Source of the DNA: Escherichia coli 042
GTDB taxonomy: Bacteria; Pseudomonadota; Gammaproteobacteria; Enterobacterales; Enterobacteriaceae
DNA length: 64,000 nt
NCBI RefSeq assembly: GCF_000027125.1
Contig: NC_017626.1
Direction: 5' to 3' (one strand)
Under the pieces are notes generated by a model. That model ran no database searches, had not been told where the DNA came from, and worked only from the letters and a program-made list of their open reading frames with translations. Below, in pieces: positions 11,538 through 23,108 of the stretch. A program made the position numbers and the translations under genes. How positions within the stretch are numbered: the first letter of the stretch is position 1; each line of letters starts with the position of its first letter.

Positions 11538-13109
11538 ATGAGGGACATTGTGGACCCTGTATTCTCTATCGGTATCTCATCATTATGGGATGAGCTGCGA
11601 CATATGCCAGCAGGCGGCGTCTGGTGGTTTAACGTCGATCGCCATGAAGATGCTATCAGTCTGGCGAATCAAACAATTGCATCCCAGGCTGAAACCGCAC
11701 ACGTCGCGGTCATTAGCATGGACAGCGATCCGGCGAAAATCTTTCAATTAGATGATTCTCAAGGACCGGAAAAAATAAAATTATTTTCAATGCTAAATCA
11801 TGAAAAAGGTCTATACTATTTGGCCCGTGATTTGCAGTGTTCTATTGATCCCCATAATTACCTTTTTATTCTTGTTTGCGCAAATAACGCATGGCAAAAC
11901 ATTCCTGCCGAGCGGCTTCGCTCATGGTTGGATAAAATGAATAAATGGAGCAGGTTAAACCATTGTTCGCTTTTGGTAATTAATCCCGGAAATAATAACG
12001 ATAAACAATTTTCATTGTTGCTTGAGGAATACCGTTCACTTTTTGGTCTTGCCAGTTTGCGTTTTCAGGGCGACCAACATTTGCTGGATATTGCCTTCTG
12101 GTGCAACGAAAAAGGGGTTAGCGCCCGTCAGCAGCTTAGCGTTCAGCAACAAAATGGTATCTGGACATTAGTTCAAAGCGAAGAGGCGGAGATCCAACCA
12201 CGCAGCGACGAAAAACGCATTCTGAGTAATGTTGCTGTACTGGAAGGTGCGCCGCCGCTATCAGAACACTGGCAACTGTTCAACAATAACGAAGTCCTGT
12301 TCAATGAAGCCCGTACCGCTCAGGCGGCGACGGTGGTCTTTTCTTTACAACAAAATGCGCAAATCGAGCCACTGGCCCGCAGCATTCATACTCTGCGTCG
12401 CCAGCGCGGTAGTGCGATGAAAATCCTCGTACGGGAAAATACCGCTAGCCTGCGCGCCACCGATGAACGTTTGTTATTGGCCTGCGGTGCAAATATGGTT
12501 ATCCCATGGAATGCCCCACTCTCCCGCTGTCTGACGATGATCGAAAGCGTGCAAGGGCAGAAGTTTAGTCGCTATGTGCCGGAAGATATCACTACCTTGC
12601 TGTCAATGACCCAGCCGCTCAAACTGCGTGGTTTCCAGAAGTGGGATGTGTTCTGTAATGCCGTCAACAACATGATGAATAACCCTCTATTACCTGCCCA
12701 CGGTAAAGGCGTTCTGGTTGCCCTACGTCCGGTACCGGGTATCCGCGTTGAGCAAGCCCTGACGCTGTGTCGCCCTAACCGCACCGGCGATATCATGACT
12801 ATTGGCGGTAATCGGCTGGTGCTGTTTCTCTCATTCTGTCGGATTAACGATCTGGATACCGCGTTGAATCATATTTTCCCATTGCCGACTGGCGACATTT
12901 TCTCAAACCGTATGGTCTGGTTTGAAGATGATCAAATCAGTGCCGAGCTGGTGCAGATGCGCCTGCTTGCCCCAGAACAATGGGGCATGCCGCTGCCTTT
13001 AACGCAAAATTCTAAACCGGTCATTAATGCCGAGCACGATGGTCGCCACTGGCGACGAATACCAGAACCAATGCGACTGTTAGATGATGCTGTGGAGCGC
13101 TCATCATGA
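11538..13109 (+). CDS. bcsE: BcsE (YhjS), c-di-GMP-binding cellulose secretion regulator, 523 aa
   Basis: ORF track 11538..13109, divergent from bcsRQABZC. Confidence 0.9.
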
Positions 13110-13297
13110 TGACCATCAGCGATATCATTGAAATTATTGTCGTTTGCGCACTGATATTTTTCCCGCTGGGCTATCTGGCGCGGCACTCTTTGCGACGCAT
13201 TCGCGACACCTTACGTTTGTTCTTTGCTAAACCTCGTTATGTTAAACCGGCCGGGACGTTACGCCGCACGGAAAAAGCCAGGGCAACCAAAAAATGA
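13106..13297 (+). CDS. bcsF: BcsF (YhjT), small membrane protein, 63 aa
   Basis: ORF track 13106..13297; ATGA overlap with bcsE stop; hydrophobic N-terminus. Confidence 0.85.
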
Positions 13298-14973
13298 CTC
13301 AATTTACGCAAAATACCGCCATGCCTTCTTCCCTCTGGCAATACTGGCGCGGCCTTTCCGGCTGGAACTTCTATTTTCTGGTTAAGTTCGGCCTGTTGTG
13401 GGCGGGATATCTTAACTTCCATCCGCTCCTCAATCTGGTGTTTGCCGCGTTTCTGCTGATGCCCATTCCGCGCTACAGCCTGCATCGCTTACGCCACTGG
13501 ATTGCCCTGCCGATCGGCTTTGCTTTGTTCTGGCATGACACCTGGTTGCCTGGCCCGGAAAGCATAATGAGCCAGGGTTCGCAGGTGGCGGGGTTCAGTA
13601 CCGATTATTTAATCGACCTTGTCACACGCTTTATTAACTGGCAGATGATTGGGGCCATTTTTGTTTTATTAGTGGCCTGGTTATTCCTGTCACAATGGAT
13701 TCGCATTACCGTTTTTGTGGTTGCCATTCTGCTATGGCTGAACGTACTTACCCTGGCGGGACCAAGTTTCTCCTTGTGGCCAGCCGGTCAACCGACGACC
13801 ACTGTAACAACGACGGGTGGCAACGCAGCGGCAACCGTTGCGGCGACGGGTGGCGCACCGGTAGTGGGTGATATGCCCGCACAAACTGCACCGCCAACAA
13901 CGGCGAACCTTAACGCCTGGCTGAATAATTTCTATAACGCGGAGGCGAAACGTAAATCGACCTTCCCGTCTTCGCTGCCCGCTGATGCTCAACCATTTGA
14001 ACTACTGGTGATTAATATCTGTTCGCTTTCCTGGTCGGATATTGAAGCCGCCGGGTTGATGTCGCATCCGCTGTGGTCGCATTTCGATATTGAGTTCAAG
14101 AACTTTAACTCCGCCACCTCCTACAGTGGCCCGGCGGCGATCCGTTTACTGCGCGCCAGCTGCGGGCAGACTTCGCACACTAATCTGTATCAACCGGCAA
14201 ATAATGACTGCTATCTGTTTGATAACCTGTCGAAACTGGGCTTTACCCAGCACCTGATGATGGGACATAACGGCCAGTTCGGCGGTTTTTTGAAAGAAGT
14301 TCGCGAAAATGGCGGCATGCAGACCGAATTGATGGATCAAACAAATCTGCCGATTATTTTGCTGGGCTTTGATGGTTCGCCGGTTTATGACGATACCGCC
14401 GTGCTTAACCGCTGGCTGGACGTTACCGAAAAAGATAAAAACAGCCGTAGTGCCACGTTCTACAACACGCTTCCACTGCATGACGGCAACCATTATCCGG
14501 GCGTCAGCAAAACAGCGGATTACAAAGCGCGGGCGCAGAAATTCTTTGATGAACTGGACGCCTTCTTTACTGAACTGGAGAAATCGGGTCGTAAAGTGAT
14601 GGTGGTCGTGGTGCCGGAACACGGCGGCGCGCTGAAGGGCGACAGAATGCAGGTATCTGGCCTACGTGATATCCCTAGCCCGTCTATCACAGACGTCCCC
14701 GTTGGGGTGAAATTCTTCGGCATGAAGGCACCACATCAGGGGGCACCGATTGTCATCGACCAACCGAGCAGCTTCCTGGCTATCTCCGATCTGGTGGTTC
14801 GCGTTCTTGATGGCAAGATTTTCTCCGAAGACAATGTTGACTGGAAAAAACTCACCAGTGGGTTGCCACAAACAGCACCGGTCTCCGAGAACTCAAATGC
14901 AGTAGTTATTCAATACCAGGATAAACCGTACGTTCGCCTGAACGGCGGCGACTGGGTGCCTTACCCGCAATAA
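13294..14973 (+). CDS. bcsG: BcsG (YhjU), membrane phosphoethanolamine transferase for pEtN-cellulose, 559 aa
   Basis: ORF track 13294..14973; N-terminal TM segments, central Thr/Ala/Pro-rich linker, C-terminal sulfatase-like domain. Confidence 0.95.
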
Positions 14974-14978
14974 GAACG

Positions 14979-15010
14979 AAAAAGGCCGCAGAGTTTCACC
15001 CCTGCGGCCT
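14979..15010 (-). terminator. rho-independent terminator hairpin of first ldr copy (also downstream of bcsG)
   Basis: Inverted repeat ggccgcag...ctgcggcc followed on the minus strand by a T-run; same element repeats in every LDR unit. Confidence 0.5.
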
Positions 15011-15059
15011 GATCCGGGCGCAAATTGCCATTACGGCAGCCTGACGCCCGCATGACACG

Positions 15060-15167
15060 TTACTTCCGCTTATTCAGCGAGTTCACGATCAGACTGGCAA
15101 GAATGCCAGCAATGACCGGAGCCGCTAAATCATGCCAGAAGGCCATGCCCAGTTCTGCGAGCGTCAT
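15060..15167 (-). CDS. ldrD: Ldr type I toxin peptide, copy 1 (35 aa: MTLAELGMAFWHDLAAPVIAGILASLIVNSLNKRK)
   Basis: C-terminal 35 codons of ORF 15060..15302; ATG at 15165-15167; matches LdrD family small hydrophobic toxin. Confidence 0.85.
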   Translation of the reverse strand: MTLAELGMAFWHDLAAPVIAGILASLIVNSLNKRK

Positions 15168-15215
15168 ATAGCCGCCTCTGTTGTAATGACAACGTTTCGC
15201 GGCTATTCTTGAGTT

Positions 15216-15282
15216 GTTTGGGTTCAAGATTAGCCCCCGTGATGTTGTCAGGTGCATACCTGCAACGTGCGGGGGTTTTCTC
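15216..15282 (+). ncRNA. rdlD: Rdl antisense RNA (antitoxin), copy 1; coordinates approximate
   Basis: Plus-strand candidate promoter ttgtaa-N17-tattct at 15181-15209, transcript ending at hairpin cccccgt...acgtgcgggggttttct (~15271-15282); antisense to the ldr mRNA leader. Confidence 0.4.
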
Positions 15283-15542
15283 TCTCCAGCAACCAATGCC
15301 ACCAGGGATTAAGCCCCCGCAACATTGCGCCTCACCGGAACCCTTCCGGCTTGCCGCTGATTCTACGGCCATTTTTGTTCGTCGAAATCCATCACTTCTT
15401 CACTCTGTGCTGCGCATTCCGCAGAATATTATCCGCTTGCAGCCGTTGCATTTTTCTTACGAAAAAGGCCGCAGAGTTTCACCTCTGCGGCCTGGTCCGG
15501 GCGCAAATTGCCATTACGGCAGCCTGACGCCCGTCTGACACG

Positions 15543-15650
15543 TTACTTCCGCTTATTCAGCCAGTTCACGATCATGCTGGCAAGAATGCCAGCAATGACC
15601 GGAGCCGCTAAATCATGCCAGAAGGCCATGCCCAGCTCTGCGAGCGTCAT
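15543..15650 (-). CDS. ldrD: Ldr type I toxin peptide, copy 2 (35 aa, ...AGILASMIVNWLNKRK)
   Basis: Hand translation; ATG at 15648-15650, stop 15543-15545; absent from ORF track because the extended ORF is under 60 aa. Confidence 0.8.
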   Translation of the reverse strand: MTLAELGMAFWHDLAAPVIAGILASMIVNWLNKRK

Positions 15651-15698
15651 ATAGCCGCCAGTGTTGTAATGACAACGTTTCGCGGCTATTCTTGAGTT

Positions 15699-15765
15699 GT
15701 GTAGGTTCAAGAATGGCCCCCGTCATATTGTCAGGTGAATACCTGCAACGTGCGGGGGTTTTCTC
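15699..15765 (+). ncRNA. rdlD: Rdl antisense RNA, copy 2; placed by 483-bp periodicity
   Basis: Same offset from ldr stop as copy 1; homologous sequence with the same terminator hairpin. Confidence 0.35.
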
Positions 15766-16025
15766 TCTCCAGCAACCAATGCCACCAGGGATTAAGCCCC
15801 CGCAACATTGCGCCTCACCGGAACCCTTCCGGCTTGCCGCTGATTCTACGACTGTTTTTCTGTTCCGAAATCCATCACTTCTTCACTCTGTGCTGCGCAT
15901 TCCGCAGAATATTATCCGCTTGCAGCCGTTGCATTTTTCTTACGAAAAAGGCCGCAGAGTTTTATCCCTGCGGCCTGATCCGGGCGCAAATTGCCATTAC
16001 GGCAGCCTGACGCCCGTCTGACACG

Positions 16026-16133
16026 TTACTTCTGCTTGTTCAGCCAGTTCACGATCATGCTGGCAAGAATGCCAGCAATGACCGGAGCCGCTAAATCGTG
16101 CCAGAAGGCCATGCCCAGCTCTGCGAGCGTCAT
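16026..16133 (-). CDS. ldrD: Ldr type I toxin peptide, copy 3 (35 aa, ...MIVNWLNKQK)
   Basis: C-terminal 35 codons of ORF 16026..16268. Confidence 0.85.
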   Translation of the reverse strand: MTLAELGMAFWHDLAAPVIAGILASMIVNWLNKQK

Positions 16134-16181
16134 ATAGCCGCCTCTGTTGTAATGACAACGTTTCGCGGCTATTCTTGAGTT

Positions 16182-16248
16182 GTGTAGGTTCAAGAATGGC
16201 CCCCGTGATGTTGTCAGGTGCATACCTGCAACGTGCGGGGGTTTTCTC
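16182..16248 (+). ncRNA. rdlD: Rdl antisense RNA, copy 3; placed by periodicity
   Basis: Same offset as copy 1. Confidence 0.35.
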
Positions 16249-16508
16249 TCTCCAGCAACCAATGCCACCAGGGATTAAGCCCCCGCAACATTGCGCCTCA
16301 CCGGAACCCTTCCGGCTTGCCGCTGATTCTACGACTGTTTTTCTGTTCCGAAATCCATCACTTCTTCACTCTGTGCTGCGCATTCCGCAGAATATTATCC
16401 GCTTGCAGCCGTTGCATTTTTCTTACGAAAAAGGCCGCAGAGTTTCACCTCTGCGGCCTGGTCCGGGCGCAAATTGCCATTACGGCAGCCTGACGCCCGT
16501 CTGACACG

Positions 16509-16616
16509 TTACTTCCGCTTGTTCAGCCAGTTCACGATCATGCTGGCAAGAATGCCAGCAATGACCGGAGCCGCTAAATCATGCCAGAAGGCCATGCCCA
16601 GTTCTGCGAGCGTCAT
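16509..16616 (-). CDS. ldrD: Ldr type I toxin peptide, copy 4 (35 aa, ...MIVNWLNKRK)
   Basis: C-terminal 35 codons of ORF 16509..16751. Confidence 0.85.
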   Translation of the reverse strand: MTLAELGMAFWHDLAAPVIAGILASMIVNWLNKRK

Positions 16617-16664
16617 ATAGCCGCCTGAGTTGTAATGACAACGTTTCGCGGCTATTCTTGAATG

Positions 16665-16731
16665 GTCTAGATGCAAGAATGGCCCCCGTGGTGTTGTCAG
16701 GTGCATACCTGCAACGTGCGGGGGTTTTCTC
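16665..16731 (+). ncRNA. rdlD: Rdl antisense RNA, copy 4; placed by periodicity
   Basis: Same offset as copy 1. Confidence 0.35.
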
Positions 16732-16991
16732 TCTCCAGCAACCAATGCCACCAGGGATTAAGCCCCCGCAACATTGCGCCTCACCGGAACCCTTCCGGCT
16801 TGCCGCTGATTCTACGGCCATTTTTGTTCGTCGAAATCCATCACTTCTTCACTCTGTGCTGCGCATTCCGCAGAATATTATCCGCTTGCAGCCGTTGCAT
16901 TTTTCTTACGAAAAAGGCCGCAGAGTTTTATCCCTGCGGCCTGATCCGGGCGCAAATTGCCATTACGGCAGCCTGACGCCCGTCTGACACG

Positions 16992-17099
16992 TTACTTCTG
17001 CTTGTTCAGCCAGTTCACGATCATGCTGGCAAGAATGCCAGCAATGACCGGAGCCGCTAAATCGTGCCAGAAGGCCATGCCCAGCTCTGCGAGCGTCAT
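16992..17099 (-). CDS. ldrD: Ldr type I toxin peptide, copy 5 (35 aa, ...MIVNWLNKQK)
   Basis: C-terminal 35 codons of ORF 16992..17267. Confidence 0.85.
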   Translation of the reverse strand: MTLAELGMAFWHDLAAPVIAGILASMIVNWLNKQK

Positions 17100-17147
17100 A
17101 TAGCCGCCTCTGTTGTAATGACAACGTTTCGCGGCTATTCTTGAGTT

Positions 17148-17214
17148 GTGTAGGTTCAAGAATGGCCCCCGTGATGTTGTCAGGTGCATACCTGCAACGT
17201 GCGGGGGTTTTCTC
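17148..17214 (+). ncRNA. rdlD: Rdl antisense RNA, copy 5; placed by periodicity
   Basis: Same offset as copy 1. Confidence 0.35.
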
Positions 17215-17574
17215 TCTCCAGCAACCAATGCCACCAGGGATAAAGCCCCCGCAACATTGCGCCTCACCGGAACCTTTCCGGCTTGCCGCTGATTCTACGA
17301 TTGCTTTTTACCGTCAGCACCCGGCAATCTTCCTCATTGCGCGATGCCTTCCAGCTTAATTTCTTTATTTGCAATAGTTGCAGTTCATATCCGGGCTGAC
17401 TCCAGACTGGTAGTGAAATGCGCAATTTTGTAGAATTGCGCCTCCTCGCGACCTCCCCAGTGAATCTGTTGCCTCATTTTTTACATACTGCGTATTCGAC
17501 TTCTCCACCTGTTGCGCAAGAGAAACTGGGTTTATTCATTTTTGCGAGGCCGACTTCTTTCTGGACAGGACTTT

Positions 17575-18846
17575 ATGCAGCACAACACACTACCGAAACA
17601 CGATCAGAAATTGCCGTTTACACGCTACGACTTCGGCTGGGTTTTATTATGCATAGGCATGGCGATTGGTGCCGGAACCGTGCTGATGCCAGTACAAATT
17701 GGCTTGAAGGGAATTTGGGTATTTATTACCGCAGCGATCATTGCTTATCCTGCCACCTGGGTAGTGCAGGACATTTATTTAAAAACCCTTTCTGAAAGCG
17801 ATTCCTGTAATGACTACACCGATATTATCAGTCATTACCTGGGGAAGAACTGGGGAATTTTCCTCGGGGTTATCTACTTTTTGATGATTATCCACGGGAT
17901 TTTTATCTACTCTCTCTCCGTGGTTTTCGACAGCGCCTCGTACCTGAAAACCTTCGGTTTAACCGATGCCGATCTTTCACAATCTCTACTTTATAAAGTC
18001 GCCATTTTCGCCGTACTGGTGGCGATTGCGTCTGGTGGTGAACGATTACTGTTTAAGATTTCCGGGCCAATGGTGGTGGTCAAAGTAGGGATTATTGTCG
18101 TGTTCGGTTTTGCGATGATCCCGCACTGGAATTTCGCCAATATAACCGCCTTCCCGCAAGCCTCCGTCTTTTTCCGCGATGTCCTGCTTACCATTCCATT
18201 TTGCTTCTTTTCTGCAGTATTTATTCAGGTACTTAACCCAATGAATATTGCCTATCGTAAACGGGAAGCAGATAAAGTACTGGCAACCCGGCTCGCGCTG
18301 CGTACCCACCGAATTAGTTATATCACGCTCATCGCGGTGATCCTGTTTTTTGCCTTTTCGTTTACCTTCTCAATTAGCCACGAAGAAGCCGTTTCTGCCT
18401 TTGAACAAAATATCTCGGCACTGGCACTGGCCGCGCAGGTGATCCCTGGACATATCATTCATATCACCTCGACGGTGCTGAATATCTTTGCCGTACTGAC
18501 CGCATTCTTTGGCATTTATCTCGGTTTCCACGAGGCCATTAAAGGCATTATTCTCAATCTGTTAAGCCGAATCATTGATACCAAGAAAATTAACTCACGC
18601 GTGCTGACTCTGGCGATCTGCGCTTTTATCGTCATTACGTTGACGATTTGGGTTTCGTTTCGTGTATCGGTGCTGGTGTTCTTTCAGTTGGGAAGCCCGT
18701 TATATGGCATTGTGTCGTGCCTCATTCCATTTTTCCTGATCTATAAAGTCGCACAACTGGAAAAACTTCGCGGGTTTAAAACCTGGCTGATTCTGCTGTA
18801 CGGCATTTTGCTATGCTTGTCGCCACTGTTGAAGCTGATTGAGTAA
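17575..18846 (+). CDS. yhjV: YhjV, putative amino-acid permease (HAAAP family), 423 aa
   Basis: ORF track 17512..18846; start placed at ATG 17575 ([13 protein letters not shown]...); polytopic membrane protein. Confidence 0.85.
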   Translation: MQHNTLPKHDQKLPFTRYDFGWVLLCIGMAIGAGTVLMPVQIGLKGIWVFITAAIIAYPATWVVQDIYLKTLSESDSCNDYTDIISHYLGKNWGIFLGVIYFLMIIHGIFIYSLSVVFDSASYLKTFGLTDADLSQSLLYKVAIFAVLVAIASGGERLLFKISGPMVVVKVGIIVVFGFAMIPHWNFANITAFPQASVFFRDVLLTIPFCFFSAVFIQVLNPMNIAYRKREADKVLATRLALRTHRISYITLIAVILFFAFSFTFSISHEEAVSAFEQNISALALAAQVIPGHIIHITSTVLNIFAVLTAFFGIYLGFHEAIKGIILNLLSRIIDTKKINSRVLTLAICAFIVITLTIWVSFRVSVLVFFQLGSPLYGIVSCLIPFFLIYKVAQLEKLRGFKTWLILLYGILLCLSPLLKLIE

Positions 18847-18875
18847 ACCGGAGCGCACGGCCCCGGTTTTGTGAG

Positions 18876-19880
18876 TTAACGCTGCGGATTTTCATCCTGA
18901 TCAACAGCAAAACAAGCTACCAGTTGACCGCCGTAGTCTTTTAGCTGCGGCTGCAACTGGGTGCAGGGGCCGAAGCGCCGACGACAGCGGGCGTTAAACG
19001 CGCAGCCCGGCGGTGGATTGAGCGGGCTTGGCAGTTCACCGGTGAGCTTGATGCGCTCGCGGCGATCGTCCGGGTTCAGGCGCGGCGTCGCGGAGAGTAG
19101 CGCCTGAGTGTACGGATGACGCGGGTTATTGAAGATTTGGTCCTTCGTTCCCTTCTCCACGCAGCGGCCCAGGTACATCACCATCACTTCATCGGCAATG
19201 TGCTCAACCACTGACAGGTCGTGCGAGATAAAGACATAAGACAGCCCCAACTCCTGCTGCAAATCCATCATCAGATTCAGCACCTGCGCACGCACTGAAA
19301 CGTCCAGCGCGGAAACCGGTTCATCGGCAATCACCACATCCGGGTCGAGCATCAGACCACGGGCAATGGCGATACGCTGACGCTGACCGCCGGAGAACAT
19401 ATGCGGATAGCGGTCGTAATGCTCGGTTTTCAGGCCGACTTTCGCCATCATCGACAGGGCTTTTTCCCGACGCTGTTCTTTGCTTAAGCTGGTGTTGATC
19501 AGCAGCGGTTCTTCAAGAATTTGCCCGACTTTTTTACGCGGATTCAGCGAACCGTAGGGATTCTGGAAGACGATCTGGATTTTCTGCCGACGCAGCTTCT
19601 GCGCCTGCGGATCGTGCTTGAGCAGATCCTGCCCCTGGTAATACAGCTCACCGCCGGTGGGCGTTTCGATCATCGTAAGCAACCGACCGAGGGTAGATTT
19701 ACCGCAGCCGGATTCACCTACTACCGCCAGCGTTTTGCCACGTTCAAGGTTAAACGAAACGCCATCCAGCGCCTTCACCAGACGTTCCGGCGCGAACATA
19801 CCTTTCTTCACCGGATAATGTTTTTTCAGGTCGATAGCCTGCAACAGCGGTTGTTGCGAGGTGGCCTCATGCGTACTCAT
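18876..19880 (-). CDS. dppF: dipeptide ABC transporter ATP-binding protein DppF, 334 aa
   Basis: ORF track; Walker [10 protein letters not shown] and ABC signature present. Confidence 0.95.
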   Translation of the reverse strand: MSTHEATSQQPLLQAIDLKKHYPVKKGMFAPERLVKALDGVSFNLERGKTLAVVGESGCGKSTLGRLLTMIETPTGGELYYQGQDLLKHDPQAQKLRRQKIQIVFQNPYGSLNPRKKVGQILEEPLLINTSLSKEQRREKALSMMAKVGLKTEHYDRYPHMFSGGQRQRIAIARGLMLDPDVVIADEPVSALDVSVRAQVLNLMMDLQQELGLSYVFISHDLSVVEHIADEVMVMYLGRCVEKGTKDQIFNNPRHPYTQALLSATPRLNPDDRRERIKLTGELPSPLNPPPGCAFNARCRRRFGPCTQLQPQLKDYGGQLVACFAVDQDENPQR

Positions 19881-20860
19881 AGTGTCGGCCTCCCGGCATC
19901 ATCAAGTGGGTAATGGCATTTGGACTGACGCCCGTCAGAGAGCATATTCAGCGCCGGTTCTTCAGCGCGACATCTGTCAGTGGCATAGGGGCAGCGCGGG
20001 TTAAGCAGGCAGCCGTTCGGGCGGTCATACTTGCCGGGAACAACACCTGGCAACGACGCCAGACGTTCTTTGTCCTGAGCAAATTCCGGCAGCGCACGCA
20101 GCAATGCCTGAGTATATGGATGACGCGGCGCATGGAAGATGGCGTGGGCATCGCCCGTTTCCACCACCTGGCCTGCATACATCACGATGATTTTATGTGC
20201 CGCTTCCGCCACCAGTGCCAGGTCATGAGTGATCAACACCAGCGCCATGTTCTCTTTCTGCTGTAGCTCCAGCAGCAGTTCGATAATTTGCGCCTGAATG
20301 GTCACGTCCAGCGCAGTGGTTGGTTCATCGGCAATCAGCAGCTTTGGCCGACAGGCAATCGCCATGGCGATCATCACGCGCTGGCTCATGCCGCCGGAAA
20401 GCTGATGCGGGTAAACATCCAGACGCGATGCCGGATCGGGAATACCGACCTGATTCAGCAGGTCAATCGCCCGCTGACGGCGGGTACTTTTGTTGCCGCC
20501 CTGATGCACCTTAATCGCTTCCATAATCTGGAAACCCACGGTGTAGCACGGGTTAAGGCTGGTCATCGGGTCCTGGAAGATCATCGCCACTTCGGCACCC
20601 ACCAGGTTGCGGCGCTCTTTTTCTGAGATACGCTGTAAATCCTGACCGTTAAACTCCAGCTTTTCCGCCATTACGCGGCCCGGATAATCAATCAGCCCCA
20701 TAATCGCCAGCGAACTGACCGATTTACCAGAGCCGGACTCACCCACAATCCCGACCACTTCGCCCTGTTTTACGCTGTAGCTGATGCGGTCTACGGCGCG
20801 GAACGGTGCGCTTTCGTCGCCGAAATGCACCGATAATTTATCTACATTTAATAACGCCAT
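19877..20860 (-). CDS. dppD: dipeptide ABC transporter ATP-binding protein DppD, 327 aa
   Basis: ORF track; Walker A GESGSGKS; 4-bp overlap with dppF. Confidence 0.95.
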   Translation of the reverse strand: MALLNVDKLSVHFGDESAPFRAVDRISYSVKQGEVVGIVGESGSGKSVSSLAIMGLIDYPGRVMAEKLEFNGQDLQRISEKERRNLVGAEVAMIFQDPMTSLNPCYTVGFQIMEAIKVHQGGNKSTRRQRAIDLLNQVGIPDPASRLDVYPHQLSGGMSQRVMIAMAIACRPKLLIADEPTTALDVTIQAQIIELLLELQQKENMALVLITHDLALVAEAAHKIIVMYAGQVVETGDAHAIFHAPRHPYTQALLRALPEFAQDKERLASLPGVVPGKYDRPNGCLLNPRCPYATDRCRAEEPALNMLSDGRQSKCHYPLDDAGRPTL

Positions 20861-20870
20861 CTCGAACCTC

Positions 20871-21773
20871 TTACTGCTTCAGTTTGGGATCGAGCGCGTC
20901 ACGCAGACCGTCACCCATCAGGTTAAATGCCAGCACCGTCAGCAGGATCGCCAGACCCGGGAAGGTCACGACCCACCAGGCGCTTTGCGCGAACTGCAAC
21001 ACGTCGGAGAGCATGGTGCCCCACTCCGGCGTTGGCGGCTGCGCCCCCATGCCGAGGAAACCAAGAGCAGCCATATCGAGAATGGCGTTAGAGAAACCGA
21101 GCGACGCCTGAACAATCAGAGGCGCAAGGCAGTTCGGGAAGATGTTAATAAACATCTGACGCATCGCCCCGGCACCTGCCACGCGAGACGCGGTAACGTA
21201 ATCGCGATTCACCTCCACCAGCACGGCGGCGCGTGTTAAGCGCACATAGTGCGGCAAGGCAACGAAGGTCAGCGCCAGCGCGGCGTTACCAATCGACGGG
21301 CCGAAAATCGCCACCAGCACCAGTGCCAACAGCAGACTTGGTAGCGCCAGCATGATATCGACCACGCGCATGATGATGTTATCGACCAGGCCGCCGAAGT
21401 AACCGGCGATCAGGCCGAGAATAACGCCCATAATCAGCGATAACACAACTACCAGACAGCCAACCAGCAGTGACAATCGCGCACCGTACATCAGACGCGA
21501 CAGCACATCACGGCCTACGTCATCGGTGCCCAGCAAGTGCGCCATGCTGCCGCCTTCCTGCCAGGCTGGCGGGGCGAGCAGTGCATCGCGGAACTGTTCC
21601 GCCGGGTTATAGGGTGCAATCCAGTTGGCAAAGATCGCGATAAACAGCACGATGACGACGTAAACCAGCCCGACGACCGCGCCTTTGTTGCGTTTAAAAT
21701 AGTGCCAGAACTCCTGTAACGGGGTCATCGGCACCGGTGCGCTAATCACTTTATTTTCAGTAACCTGTGACAT
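20871..21773 (-). CDS. dppC: dipeptide ABC transporter permease DppC, 300 aa
   Basis: ORF track; multi-TM permease. Confidence 0.95.
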   Translation of the reverse strand: MSQVTENKVISAPVPMTPLQEFWHYFKRNKGAVVGLVYVVIVLFIAIFANWIAPYNPAEQFRDALLAPPAWQEGGSMAHLLGTDDVGRDVLSRLMYGARLSLLVGCLVVVLSLIMGVILGLIAGYFGGLVDNIIMRVVDIMLALPSLLLALVLVAIFGPSIGNAALALTFVALPHYVRLTRAAVLVEVNRDYVTASRVAGAGAMRQMFINIFPNCLAPLIVQASLGFSNAILDMAALGFLGMGAQPPTPEWGTMLSDVLQFAQSAWWVVTFPGLAILLTVLAFNLMGDGLRDALDPKLKQ

Positions 21774-21782
21774 GATGTCCCC

Positions 21783-22802
21783 TTACTTCTTATGACGAAT
21801 ACGCGGGTTCACCACGCCGTACAGCAGATCGACCAGCAAGTTGACGAGGATAATCATCGTCGCCACCAGCAATACGCCGCCCTGCACTACCGGATAGTCG
21901 CGGCGTTGCAGTGCGTCAATCAACCAGCGCCCCAGACCGGGCCACGAGAAGATGGTTTCGGTCAGAATCGCCCCCGCCAGCAATGTTCCCACCTGGAGGC
22001 CGATAACGGTCACTACCGGCAGCATCGCGTTACGCAGCGCATGGACGATAATCACCCGCATGCGGGTCAGCCCTTTGGCGCGCGCGGTGCGGATATAATC
22101 TTCACCTAGCACTTCCAGCATCGAGGAGCGTGTCATACGCACAATGACCGCCAGCGGGATAGTACCCAGCACAATGGCGGGCAAGATCATATGGGCGACG
22201 GCATCGATAAAGTTACCGTCTTCACCCCAGATGGCGGTGTCGATCAGCATAAAACCGGTTAACGGATTGGAATCATCGAGGAACACCATGTCGCTCACGC
22301 GACCGGAGACGGGCGTCAGGTTCCAGTGCACCGAAACCAGCATGATCAGCATCATGCCCCACCAGAAGATAGGCATTGAATAACCTGTCAGCGCCAGGCC
22401 AACCGCCGTGTGATCGAAAATGGAACCGCGTTTAACCGCAGCCAGCACACCAACCGGAATACCGACTGCCGTAGCAAAAATCATCGCGCAGACGCCAAGT
22501 TCCAGCGTGGCCTGAAAGCGCGGCACGAACTCTTCCCATACCGGGATGCGGCTTTTCATCGAAATGCCTAAATCGCCGTGCATTACGCCCCAAATGTAAT
22601 GGAGATACTGCTGCCACATCGGTTTATCTAAGCCGAGTTCAGCCAGCAGCTGCGCGTGACGCTCTGGGGAGATCCCACGCTCGCCCGCCATGATCATCAC
22701 CGGATCGCCCGGGATCATGTGGACAAAGGCAAATGTGAGAAGGGTAATACCGATAAACGTGGGGATGACGAGTCCCAAACGTCGGAGAATAAACTGCAAC
22801 AT
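21783..22802 (-). CDS. dppB: dipeptide ABC transporter permease DppB, 339 aa
   Basis: ORF track 21783..22958; start placed at ATG 22800-22802 (MLQFILRRLGL...). Confidence 0.9.
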   Translation of the reverse strand: MLQFILRRLGLVIPTFIGITLLTFAFVHMIPGDPVMIMAGERGISPERHAQLLAELGLDKPMWQQYLHYIWGVMHGDLGISMKSRIPVWEEFVPRFQATLELGVCAMIFATAVGIPVGVLAAVKRGSIFDHTAVGLALTGYSMPIFWWGMMLIMLVSVHWNLTPVSGRVSDMVFLDDSNPLTGFMLIDTAIWGEDGNFIDAVAHMILPAIVLGTIPLAVIVRMTRSSMLEVLGEDYIRTARAKGLTRMRVIIVHALRNAMLPVVTVIGLQVGTLLAGAILTETIFSWPGLGRWLIDALQRRDYPVVQGGVLLVATMIILVNLLVDLLYGVVNPRIRHKK

Positions 22803-22974
22803 AACCCGGATTCTCTGTAGTGACCCGCAGCCTGGAACTGCGTGTCTGTATTGCTCACAAATCAATTCCCGCCCGTGCCGGACAGGGAATGAAGTATTGC
22901 TGCCGGATGGCGCTGCACGCAGAGATGCAGCGCCACCGGGTATGCAGATTGTTGACAAAGTGCGCTTTGTTCAT

Positions 22975-23072
<98 letters not shown>

Positions 23073-23108
23073 AGTTTTGCCTTTGCCATCAGTCTTGTAT
23101 GGCTTTAA

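Larger units (their letters stand above)
14975..17300. repeat. tandem array of five ~483-bp LDR (long direct repeat) units, each with an ldr toxin ORF, an antisense rdl RNA region and a terminator hairpin
   Basis: Ldr ORFs recur with exact 483-bp period (stops at 15060, 15543, 16026, 16509, 16992); the hairpin aaaaaggccgcagagtttcac(c/t)cctgcggcc recurs at the start of each unit; sequence diverges after ~17300. Confidence 0.9.

Noticed and set aside
14975-17300. Possible CRISPR array, given the regular periodicity
   Set aside because: Units are 483 bp long and near-identical along their whole length, with no short repeat/unique spacer alternation and no cas genes. The proK repeats (~170 bp) fail the same test.
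15209-17359. Repeated plus-strand ORFs of 109, 101, 91 and 72 aa and minus-strand 80-aa ORFs (MAVESAASRKG...) recurring every 483 bp in the LDR array
   Set aside because: They are the same non-coding repeat sequence read in other frames. Only the 35-codon ldr frame matches a known peptide, and the plus-strand region is where the Rdl antisense RNA lies.
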